Positions 28,339 to 36,579 of a DNA stretch of 64,000 nt are shown one piece after another. The stretch covers positions 2,732-66,731 of the forward strand of contig CAINQO010000080.1 of assembly GCA_903852325.1 (NCBI GenBank). The letters are read 5' to 3'. This DNA comes from Candidatus Omnitrophota bacterium (GTDB lineage Bacteria > Omnitrophota > Gorgyraeia > Gygaellales > Profunditerraquicolaceae). Below the pieces are notes generated by a model that had not been told where the DNA came from, made no database searches, and saw only the letters and a list, made by a program, of their open reading frames with translations. Positions within the stretch are counted from its first letter, which is position 1. Every line of letters starts with the position of its first letter. A program made the position numbers and the translations under genes.

Positions 28339-29275
28339 TTGTCTGCTCCATCATCTGCAATTTAGCCGCGGCTTTCGGCGCCCAGGCGGTGTGGGGGTAA
28401 TCGCTGATTATAGTATTATAGTAAATTTTGGCCGCATCCCAAGCCTTCTGTTTTTCGTAAAAAACCGCGATATTGTAGCTGGCCTCCGCCTCTTTATCCT
28501 GGATTTGCCCGATATTTTTTTCCGCATCCAGGGAAAGCACGGCATCCGGATGCTCCTTCACGAATTGTTCGAACTTTTCTTTGGCCTCCTGCGCCGAACC
28601 CTGGTCATAAGCAAACCCTTTGGATAAACCTGCCCGGCAGGAAGCGATCTGGAATTTGGCGGCGGCCGCCCATTCGCTGTCCGGATAGCGGGAAACCACC
28701 TTATTGAATTCTTCTTCCGCCTCGTAATAGCGCATCAATCCTTTTAAAACCAGCCCCAACTTATACTGCGCCTTCGGGGCCAGGGGGCCGTAAGTAGAGT
28801 TCTCCACCACCTTGCCGAATATTTCGATCGCCGGATTTTCTACCGGTAAGGCTACCCCCATGGTTTTGCGTTTTTCTCCTCCCATGAACTTTTCCGCGAT
28901 TTTATATTCCAGCTCGATGATCTCCTGGATGCGTTCGCTGAAAGGATACTTGTCCACCACCTTCTGGTAGGCCTGAAAAGCCTCATATAACTTACCCTGC
29001 CTTTCTTCGATCTGCCCCAGGTAATACTGGCTTTCGGCCGCCTCGGCGGATTTAGGGTAAGTTTTAAGCAGTTTCTGGAATTCCTTTTTGGCGTCTTCGT
29101 ATTTGCCGTTATCTAAAATAACTTTGGCATAAGCAAACTGATCCTTGGGGTTATCTTTGGGCAGGGTCTTGGGATTCACCCATTTTCCTGTTTTAGGGGT
29201 CCAGATCCAATAAGCGTGGGCCGGGGTAACAGACAGGGAGAAAATTATTAACAAACTTAAGATTATGCGCTTCAT
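28325..29275 (-). CDS. secreted TPR-repeat protein (BamD/CpoB-like)
   Basis: Signal peptide and several TPR-like helices (YYLGQIEERQGKLYEAFQAYQKVVDKYP...). Confidence 0.45.
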   Translation of the reverse strand: MKRIILSLLIIFSLSVTPAHAYWIWTPKTGKWVNPKTLPKDNPKDQFAYAKVILDNGKYEDAKKEFQKLLKTYPKSAEAAESQYYLGQIEERQGKLYEAFQAYQKVVDKYPFSERIQEIIELEYKIAEKFMGGEKRKTMGVALPVENPAIEIFGKVVENSTYGPLAPKAQYKLGLVLKGLMRYYEAEEEFNKVVSRYPDSEWAAAAKFQIASCRAGLSKGFAYDQGSAQEAKEKFEQFVKEHPDAVLSLDAEKNIGQIQDKEAEASYNIAVFYEKQKAWDAAKIYYNTIISDYPHTAWAPKAAAKLQMMEQTNEKK

Positions 29276-29381
29276 AATATTATAAATCTACCATAGCCGG
29301 CTTAATTTGTCAAAGGCAGTTTTTTGCAAAGCGTTGGGAAGCAAAACTTAAAAAGGCTTGATTGAGGGGGATAAGCTGGAT

Positions 29382-30251
29382 TTATGCCGGTGGGAATGAT
29401 CCCGCGTTTTTCTTCAACGGACGCTTGCCGGGGCTGGAGATCAATGAAGCGCCCGGAGAACTGATCCCGGAAAAAAGTTCGCGTTTTATTTTATTTTGCC
29501 AGCCCGCCCCTATCGGAGAAGTCTGGCCGAAACCCAGCCCCATACCATAAAGCCGGGCAAAGGTCATTTCCGGGACCATCCACTCCTCATCACTGACCCC
29601 CGATGGCCCGTCTAAAGGCGTCGAGACGATGTTTGAGCGCAGGAAGGGGATAAATTTACCGTCCTTTTTTATTCCCAGCTCTACGCACCAGCTCCGCCCC
29701 GGTTGGCGGGTATCGATATACCAACTGTCCGCTTCCGCAGGTATCTCCAGATCAAAAAATGAATGGGCGTTGCTGCCGTCAAAAGCAATTTCACTCACAT
29801 CATATACGCGCAGTATTCTGGGGGCCTCGCTTAAATTTCCGGCAAGCTGCCCGCTTAATTCCCAATAAGCGTAAAGCCAGCGGGGGTCGCGGGTTAAAAT
29901 CACTATCCGGTCCTTGCCGTAATCCCGCGGCAATTCCTCATTAAGATTAAACAGGCCGGCAGGAATCATTTTGTTTTCAAAAGATGCTTCTTCTTGCTTG
30001 ATCTTGGGCTCCGGGATCTCCACCTGCTCTTTTGGTAACGGAATACTTCCGGATCTCCTTCTTAAAACCTTCTTTGGCTTTCCGGCGGTAAGTTTAGGCG
30101 TTCTTTTTTTTAGCTTTTTCAGCTTGAGCCGAACCTTTGGTAAAGATTTTTTTAAACCCTGTTTCTTTGTTTTTCTGACCCGTTTCATAAAACCCCCATG
30201 ACTTTTTTCGCACCCTTCTATGTTGTCTCCATGCCCAGGCGATTCCTTCAA
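29382..30251 (-). CDS. DUF4912 domain protein with a lysine-rich N-terminus
   Basis: ILTRDPRWLYAYWEL signature of DUF4912. The likely start is the internal ATG at 30188 (MKRVRKTKK). Confidence 0.45.
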   Translation of the reverse strand: MKESPGHGDNIEGCEKSHGGFMKRVRKTKKQGLKKSLPKVRLKLKKLKKRTPKLTAGKPKKVLRRRSGSIPLPKEQVEIPEPKIKQEEASFENKMIPAGLFNLNEELPRDYGKDRIVILTRDPRWLYAYWELSGQLAGNLSEAPRILRVYDVSEIAFDGSNAHSFFDLEIPAEADSWYIDTRQPGRSWCVELGIKKDGKFIPFLRSNIVSTPLDGPSGVSDEEWMVPEMTFARLYGMGLGFGQTSPIGAGWQNKIKRELFSGISSPGASLISSPGKRPLKKNAGSFPPA

Positions 30252-30330
30252 CCAGATATATTTTAGCGGGATCAGGGGAAATGTAAATTGTCGAGTTACG
30301 CTTTTAATTGACTTATTTCTACTTCAGGAG

Positions 30331-30366
30331 GAAGTACACCCGCGCCCTCCTCTAGGCGCGGGGTGC
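30331..30366. repeat. GC-rich hairpin between the DUF4912 and comEC genes
   Basis: GTACACCCGCGCC-ctcctcta-GGCGCGGGGTGCATAC forms an imperfect 13-bp stem. No flanking U-tract. Confidence 0.4.
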
Positions 30367-30404
30367 ATACCTGACTAGGTGACGCTGGCCTTATTACCCT
30401 CCGG

Positions 30405-31919
30405 TTAAAACAAAGGATGCGCCTCCCGGTTTAGAATAAATCCCCTTATTGCAGAAAAATTAGTGATCAATATCAACAGGACATAATAAAAATAAACATA
30501 AATGAGCGGTACCTCGGGTAATTTAAAATAAGCTCCGGGAATAATAATAAACAATGAATGGATCTTAAACAAAACCCGGATAAGCAACTCATTGGCCGAG
30601 GCCAGTACCGGAGCCGATTGGGGAAAGAAAGCCCCGATGAGCGCAAAACTAAAACCCGTAGCCGTGACCAGCGCCGAATAAGGAACAATGATCATATTGG
30701 CCATTACGGTAAGCGCGGAAAAAGTATTAAAATAATAAGCCACCAGAGGCAAAAGCCCGATCCAGGCCGCCCCCGAGGCAGAGAAGGTCAAAATCAGGAA
30801 ATTCGTCCGGGGGTTTTTAACCAGTCTTTCCGGGAATACCGCCTGAATTTTAGGAGCCAGACAGACAATGGAAAGCAGGCTTAAAAATGAAAGCTGGAAA
30901 CTGATCTCAAAAATCTGCCAGGGATTAAAAGCCAGGATAAAGATTACGGCGATAGAAAGAGAATGGCCGATATCCACTTGCCTGCGGCAAAAATAAGCTC
31001 CGAGAAAAATGGCCGCCATCAGGGTTGCCCGCACGACCGGGGCGCTGGAACCGGTAAGCAGGCAATAAACGATCAAAAGAAGCAGCGTAAAAATGTACCG
31101 CGGCTTGCGGCGCAGTTTCATTATTTTTAAAAAAAGCAAAATTACAAAAGCCACGATGCCCACGTTAAAACCGGAGATGGCGATAATATGAATGGTCCCC
31201 AGCTTCATCAGCATCTCCGTAAAATAAGGAGGCAGATCCTGCCGGTCACCCAAGATAAGGGCATTCATCACTCCTGCCGAAAAGACGGATAAATTACCCT
31301 TGATCACTGCGCTTAACCGGTGTTTTGCCGCCAGGGAGAACGCTTTTAAAGGATTGCCGGCATTTTTCGCCAGCAGTTTGATTATCCCGCTTTTTTCTCC
31401 CGCCCGAAAAATAAAATAAATGTCCTGGTGCTTCAAATAACTTTGGTAATCAAACCCTCCGGGAAAAGAAAGCGGGAGAGACAATTTTCCTTGCAATAAA
31501 AGCCTGTCCCCGTAAGCAAAACTTCCTTTTCCGTTGATCCTGACCAGGATTTTCCCGCACCCCCGCTGCCAAAAAGAACCCAGGGAAACCTGCTCGATCC
31601 GGAAAATGAAAGCTGTTTTTAAGCCCCGGCAGGCAGGGTCATTATCCACCACCCCCCTCAGGGAAACATTAGCGCCCCGATCGCCGGTTAAATGGGTGAT
31701 ATGATCAGGCGGCAAGAATTGAGAGTTCCTGATCAGGCATACCCCCAGGAAAAATCCGAGGCAGAGAACAAAAAAGCTGAATTTTATATTTTGCTTTATA
31801 AAAAGAGCCGGAAGCAGGAACAAAAGCGTTCCCAGGCAAAAAACGGGAAAGGGTATCGCGGTCTTGGCCGCGGTAATGATCCCCGCACAAAAAACCGCGC
31901 ATAAACCGGCCAATTTCAT
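30405..31919 (-). CDS. comEC: ComEC/Rec2 DNA-uptake channel, membrane competence domain only (no metallo-beta-lactamase domain)
   Basis: Polytopic 504-aa protein with DUF4131 and Competence-domain topology. It lies immediately downstream of comEA. Confidence 0.65.
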   Translation of the reverse strand: MKLAGLCAVFCAGIITAAKTAIPFPVFCLGTLLFLLPALFIKQNIKFSFFVLCLGFFLGVCLIRNSQFLPPDHITHLTGDRGANVSLRGVVDNDPACRGLKTAFIFRIEQVSLGSFWQRGCGKILVRINGKGSFAYGDRLLLQGKLSLPLSFPGGFDYQSYLKHQDIYFIFRAGEKSGIIKLLAKNAGNPLKAFSLAAKHRLSAVIKGNLSVFSAGVMNALILGDRQDLPPYFTEMLMKLGTIHIIAISGFNVGIVAFVILLFLKIMKLRRKPRYIFTLLLLIVYCLLTGSSAPVVRATLMAAIFLGAYFCRRQVDIGHSLSIAVIFILAFNPWQIFEISFQLSFLSLLSIVCLAPKIQAVFPERLVKNPRTNFLILTFSASGAAWIGLLPLVAYYFNTFSALTVMANMIIVPYSALVTATGFSFALIGAFFPQSAPVLASANELLIRVLFKIHSLFIIIPGAYFKLPEVPLIYVYFYYVLLILITNFSAIRGFILNREAHPLF

Positions 31920-32248
31920 TACTCAATAAAGAAAAATTCTTTAAGCTTCTCGAGCCGCTTCTCTTTGATCCCTTTAATTTCCTTCAACTCCTCTAAACTG
32001 CTGAAACTTCCGCGCAAACCGCGCTGCTCTAAAATACGCCGCGCCAGCTCCGTGGAGAGCTGCCCGCAGGAAACCAATTGGGAGAAGTCCGCTTTATTCA
32101 GCTCCAACTTAACCGGCCCTACCTCCGGGTACACTATTTTTTCTATCCGGCTGTTGATCTTGGCCAGGCTGTTCAAAAGCAGGCCGCAAAAACTCAAAGC
32201 CAAAAGAAACAAAATAACCCTTTTCTCTTCCGGTGTAAAATTAAACAA
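31919..32248 (-). CDS. comEA: ComEA-like helix-hairpin-helix DNA-binding protein
   Basis: N-terminal TM helix plus tandem HhH motifs (LNKADFSQL...LEELKEIKGIKEKRLEKL). Confidence 0.65.
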   Translation of the reverse strand: MFNFTPEEKRVILFLLALSFCGLLLNSLAKINSRIEKIVYPEVGPVKLELNKADFSQLVSCGQLSTELARRILEQRGLRGSFSSLEELKEIKGIKEKRLEKLKEFFFIE

Positions 32249-32319
32249 TCTTGCCCCCTCACTTAAATAGACGCACAGTAAGGATAAATCTAACTTAAAA
32301 AAGTCCCTTCCCCCTTAAA

Positions 32320-32348
32320 TTGTAATCACCGGGGTTTTAGTGTATACT
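32320..32348 (+). promoter_or_regulatory. sigma70 promoter with an extended -10 (TTGTAA-17-gTGTATACT) predicted to give a leaderless transcript
   Basis: -35 at 32320-32325 and -10 at 32343-32348. The response-regulator ATG at 32355 sits at the expected +1. Confidence 0.45.
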
Positions 32349-32354
32349 TTCTTT

Positions 32355-32732
32355 ATGGGCAAAAAAATCCTGGTAATCGATGACGACTACAATATCGCCA
32401 AGAAAAGCAAGGAAGAACTGCTGGCGGCGGGTTATACGGTAGTGGTTGCCTATTGCGCTAAAGAAGGAATGGAAAAGTTAAAAGCGGAAAAACCGGATTG
32501 CGTGCTGCTGGACCTGGTTTTACCGGATGAAAGCGGATTTAAAGTCGCCCAGGAGATCAAGGCGCTGCCTGAATTCGCGGATACGCCGATCATCGCCGCC
32601 TCCCTGAAACACGAAGAGGTGGACAAACATATCGCCGCCAAAAGCGGGATTACCGTCTACGTCGAAAAACCTATCGATTATACCAGACTGCTTTTTGATA
32701 TTAAGGATGTTCTGGGCGGCGGGATTAAATAA
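32355..32732 (+). CDS. single-domain response regulator (CheY-like receiver)
   Basis: The acidic-pocket sequence ILVIDDD lies at the N-terminus, with the phospho-acceptor Asp in VLLDLVLPD and the conserved Lys in EKP. The start was trimmed from the GTG at 32340 to the ATG at 32355. Confidence 0.75.
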   Translation: MGKKILVIDDDYNIAKKSKEELLAAGYTVVVAYCAKEGMEKLKAEKPDCVLLDLVLPDESGFKVAQEIKALPEFADTPIIAASLKHEEVDKHIAAKSGITVYVEKPIDYTRLLFDIKDVLGGGIK

Positions 32733-35130
32733 CGATATTCACCAGTTTCTGCGGGACAATAATAAATTTCTTCGGGGTTTTTCCTTCCAACCAGGGAACC
32801 ACTTTCTGATCGGCCAATACCAGCGCTTTTAATTTTTCCTCGGAAATATCCCGGGCAACCGCGATCTTGCTGCGTAACTTACCGTTAACCTGGATCGGCA
32901 GTTCTATCGTCTCTTCGACCAGCAGCTGCGGGTCATATTGCGGCCAGGAAGCCTTAAACACGCTTCCCTGGTTCCCCAAAATCTGCCAAAGCTCCTCGGA
33001 AAAATGCGGGACGATCGGGCTAAGCATGACCACTAATTTGGAAAACACCTCTTTATCGGCGCCCAGCTGGTAAATGGCATTGGTCAATTCCATGAAAGAG
33101 GCGATCGCGGTATTAAATTTAAATTCCCCGAAATCCTGGCTTACTTTTTTGATCGTTCGATGCAAATGCTTTAAAACCTGCGGGTCGGCCTTATCTTTAA
33201 GGTTATCCTGGATCCTCCATACCCGGTTTAAAAATTTAAAAGCCCCTTCCAGCCCGCGCTCATCCCACTCCAGCTCCGTTTCCGGAGGAGCGGCAAACAG
33301 GATAAACAGCCGCAGGGAATCCGCCCCGTAATTTTTGATCATCGAATCCGGATCAACGATGTTTCCCCGGGATTTAGACATTACCTCCCCGTCTTTAAGC
33401 ACCATCCCCTGCGTCAGCAGCCTTTCGAAGGGCTCGTTAAAATCCACCATTTCTAAATCCTGAAAAAATTTGGTAAAAAACCGGGAATACAAAAGATGCA
33501 AAATCGCGTGCTCGATCCCTCCGATATACTGATCTACCGGCATCCAGTATTTTGCTTCTTTAAGATCAAAAGGCGCCGCGTTAAATTGCGGGGAGCAGAA
33601 CCTTAAAAAATACCAGGAAGAATCGAAGAAAGTAGCCATGGTATCGGTCTCCCGCCTGGCATTTTTACCGCATTTAGGGCAGGCTGCTTCGACAAACTCC
33701 TTGACCTTGGCCAGCGGGCTGCCCCCCTCCCCGGTAAAAGGCGCGTCTTTGGGTAACTCCACCGGCAGATCTTTCTCGTTTACCGGCACCGGGCCGCACT
33801 CCGGGCAATAAATTATGGGGATTGGCGTCCCCCAGTAGCGCTGCCGGGAGATCAACCAATCCCGCAGCCGCCAATGTTCCTGGATCTTGCCGATACCTTT
33901 TACTTCCATCCAGAGGGCGATCTCTTCTTTAGCCGGAGAGTTTTTTTTCCCGTTAAACTGTCCGGAATTTTCCAAATAACCGTCCCCTTCATATGCTTCC
34001 GCCATTTCATAAGCGGAAAGCCTGGAATTATCATCCAACCCGGGCTGGATCACCACGCGCAGAGATAAATTATGTTCTTTGGCGAAAAGGAAGTCGCGTT
34101 GGTCATGGGTGGGCACGGCCATGATCGCTCCGGTGCCGTATTCCATTAACACGTAATCGGCGATCCAAATGGGAAGTTCTTCATTGTTCACCGGATTGAC
34201 CGCGAAACTTCCGGTAAACACCCCCTCTTTGTTAACCTCCGAGGAAGAACGAATGGTTTTACTTTCCTGCGCAACCTTAGCGATAAATTCTAAAGCCGCC
34301 GGCTCCTGCGGTTTTCCCTTGATCAACTCTTTGACCAGGGGATGTTCCGGAGCCAAAACAATGTAAGTAGCGCCGAAAATAGTATCTGCCCGCGTCGTAA
34401 AAACGGGGATGACCCGGCCGTTATCCTTTAATTTAAAATAAATCTCCACTCCTTTGCTCTTGCCAATCCAATTCTGCTGCATAAAAATTACCCGCTCCGG
34501 CCAATATTTAAGCTGCTCCAAATTATAAAGCAGTTTTTCTTTATAGTCGGTAATCTTTAAATACCACTGCTCTAAATCTTTTTGTTCTACTTTGGCGTGG
34601 CATCTCCAGCAGCCCCCCTCGATCACTTCTTCGTTGGCTAAAGTGGTTGAGCAGCTGGGGCACCAGTTGACATTGGAAGCCTTTTTGTAAGCCAGCCCCC
34701 TTTCAAACATCTTTAAGAATATCCACTGGTTCCATTTATAATAACTGCTGTCGCAGGTAGAGACCTCCCTCTCCCAATCATAAGAAAAACCCATTTTCTT
34801 TAACTCGGTTTCCATTTCCCGGATGCACTTATGCGTCCAGTCATCGGGCTTGGTGTTATTCTTGATCGCGGCGTTCTCGGCGGGCTGCCCGAAGGCGTCA
34901 AACCCCATCGGGTGCATTACATTGTAACCTTGAAGGGTCTTAAAACGCGCGGCGACATCCCCGATCGTATAATTGCGCACATGCCCCATATGGATTTTAC
35001 CGGAGGGATAGGGGAACATTTCCAGTAAATAGTATTTTTTCTTTTGCGGATCAGGCTGCGCGCGGAAGGCGCGGGTATCCTGCCAGATCTTTTGCCATTT
35101 TTCTTCGGTTTCTTTAAAATTATAAAGCAT
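32725..35130 (-). CDS. leuS: leucyl-tRNA synthetase
   Basis: 801 aa with HMGHVRNYTIGD (HIGH) and KMSKS-region motifs. It also has a CP1 editing domain and zinc Cys clusters. Confidence 0.95.
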   Translation of the reverse strand: MLYNFKETEEKWQKIWQDTRAFRAQPDPQKKKYYLLEMFPYPSGKIHMGHVRNYTIGDVAARFKTLQGYNVMHPMGFDAFGQPAENAAIKNNTKPDDWTHKCIREMETELKKMGFSYDWEREVSTCDSSYYKWNQWIFLKMFERGLAYKKASNVNWCPSCSTTLANEEVIEGGCWRCHAKVEQKDLEQWYLKITDYKEKLLYNLEQLKYWPERVIFMQQNWIGKSKGVEIYFKLKDNGRVIPVFTTRADTIFGATYIVLAPEHPLVKELIKGKPQEPAALEFIAKVAQESKTIRSSSEVNKEGVFTGSFAVNPVNNEELPIWIADYVLMEYGTGAIMAVPTHDQRDFLFAKEHNLSLRVVIQPGLDDNSRLSAYEMAEAYEGDGYLENSGQFNGKKNSPAKEEIALWMEVKGIGKIQEHWRLRDWLISRQRYWGTPIPIIYCPECGPVPVNEKDLPVELPKDAPFTGEGGSPLAKVKEFVEAACPKCGKNARRETDTMATFFDSSWYFLRFCSPQFNAAPFDLKEAKYWMPVDQYIGGIEHAILHLLYSRFFTKFFQDLEMVDFNEPFERLLTQGMVLKDGEVMSKSRGNIVDPDSMIKNYGADSLRLFILFAAPPETELEWDERGLEGAFKFLNRVWRIQDNLKDKADPQVLKHLHRTIKKVSQDFGEFKFNTAIASFMELTNAIYQLGADKEVFSKLVVMLSPIVPHFSEELWQILGNQGSVFKASWPQYDPQLLVEETIELPIQVNGKLRSKIAVARDISEEKLKALVLADQKVVPWLEGKTPKKFIIVPQKLVNIVI

Positions 35131-35131
35131 T

Positions 35132-35983
35132 TTATTCTCTGCGTAATTTCCTGACCAAGGCCAGGTTCTCTTTATCGCTCTGCGGGGTGGTTTTCGGTGT
35201 CTCTAAAACCATGGGAATATTCTTAAATCCGGGATGGTTAATGATCCTTTTCATCCCGGCCAGGCCGATATAGCCTTTGCCGATATGTTCATGCCGGTCA
35301 TAATGACAGCCCAGCTTCCCGGCGGCGTCATTAAGGTGGATCAGCTTAAACAGCTTAAGCCCCACCATTTCCTCGATCTCCTCCACCATTTTATCCAGCC
35401 CGGCTTTAGCCGCCAGGTCGTAACCGGCTAAAAAAGCGTGCGCGGTATCTAAACAGAACCCGACCCGCGCCTTATCCTTTAAGCCCTTAAGCACCTTTTG
35501 CTGGTGGTAAAACCGGTAACCTAACCAGGAGCCGGAACCGGAAGTATTTTCCAGCAGAATCCCGACTTTGCCCCCCCGGGTTTTCTCCAGGATGATATCC
35601 AGCGCCGCGACCAGCCGCTTGATCCCCGCGTCTTCCGAGGTTTCTTTATGACTGCCCATGTGCGAAACGACAAAATCCGCCCCCAGCGCCTCCGCTTCAC
35701 GCAGGTCCTCGATAAAAGCCTGGATCGAACCGTGGTAAAGCCGGGGGTCCGGAGAAGCCAGGTTAAGCAAATAGGAAAGATGGATAAAAACCGGGCTGAT
35801 TTTGGTTTTTTTATGCCTTAAGATAAACTCCTGGAGATCTTCGGGGGCGATTTTACCCTCTGCTTTGCGCCAGGACTGCGGTGAACGGCTGAATATTTGC
35901 ATCGTATCGCAGCCCAGCCCCTTGGCGACATCCAGAGTCTGGTAGATCTTGCCTGCGCCGGAAACATGTACTCCCAGGATCAT
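35132..35983 (-). CDS. nfo: endonuclease IV (AP endonuclease family 2)
   Basis: MILGVHVSGAG start, with HMGSH, LLENTSG, HLNDA and DRHEHIGKG metal-ligand blocks. The 43-codon upstream extension in the ORF track is read-through of the intergenic region. Confidence 0.85.
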   Translation of the reverse strand: MILGVHVSGAGKIYQTLDVAKGLGCDTMQIFSRSPQSWRKAEGKIAPEDLQEFILRHKKTKISPVFIHLSYLLNLASPDPRLYHGSIQAFIEDLREAEALGADFVVSHMGSHKETSEDAGIKRLVAALDIILEKTRGGKVGILLENTSGSGSWLGYRFYHQQKVLKGLKDKARVGFCLDTAHAFLAGYDLAAKAGLDKMVEEIEEMVGLKLFKLIHLNDAAGKLGCHYDRHEHIGKGYIGLAGMKRIINHPGFKNIPMVLETPKTTPQSDKENLALVRKLRRE

Positions 35984-36065
35984 AGTTTTAAAATAGTGCG
36001 TTAAAAAGGTTATAAAATATTTCCTTTTTATCTTAGCATGATTTATAACCGGGTCAAGGTTATAG

Positions 36066-36094
36066 TTGACAATGCTTTTTGGGGATGATATATT
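36066..36094 (+). promoter_or_regulatory. sigma70 promoter (TTGACA-17-TATATT) upstream of tRNA-Ala
   Basis: -35 at 36066-36071 and -10 at 36089-36094. The tRNA starts about 110 nt downstream. Confidence 0.5.
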
Positions 36095-36211
36095 TAAAGC
36101 ACTAAATTGCAATTTTAAGTAGCTTTAAACCTTAATTATACGTACTTACCGCACCGGAGACAAGTTCTCCGGGGAAGTGGCAAGTACAAAAATTTTCGTA
36201 AAAAATTTTTT

Positions 36212-36287
36212 GGGGCTGTAGCTCAGCTGGGAGAGCACTTGCATGGCATGCAAGGGGTCAGGAGTTCAATCCTCCTCAGCTCCACCA
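36212..36287 (+). tRNA. tRNA-Ala (anticodon GGC), CCA encoded
   Basis: The cloverleaf folds by hand. The G3:U70 alanine identity pair is present, the anticodon loop is AT-GGC-AT and the 3' end is CCA. Confidence 0.9.
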
Positions 36288-36579
36288 AATTTTTGCGACA
36301 AGCAAAAAATTTGGTGATGCCGCAACGAACGTAGCGCGGCGACAAGCCGAGCAGTGAGTGCGGCGCCACCACCACAATTTTCCGAACAACGCCCCAAACC
36401 GGCGTAATTAACAAGACACATTAGAGGGTTAATTAAGGAAAAATTTAAGTGCACTCAAGCGAGCGTTAAACGCCGCGGCAAGCGGCGTAGCGAGCGGAGT
36501 GCATGAAAGTTATTTACGGCACTCTCTCCTTCCGCTTCTGCGCACAAAAACTTCACTGGGAACATATTTAGGAAAAAAA

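Noticed and set aside
28325-29275. Calling the TPR protein BamD
   Set aside because: Its signal peptide lacks a lipobox cysteine, and the length and repeat pattern are not specific. Only a generic TPR assignment is supported.
35984-36112. N-terminal 43-codon extension of nfo in the ORF track
   Set aside because: The extension reads through the intergenic promoter region. The Nfo-typical MILGVHVSGAG start lies at 35983. Similar trimmed extensions are at 5351-5386 (rSAM), 32340-32354 (response regulator, GTG), 36499-36579 (TPR membrane protein), 50796-50837 (SDR) and 51296-51376 (SRPBCC, TTG start with AAGGAGG).
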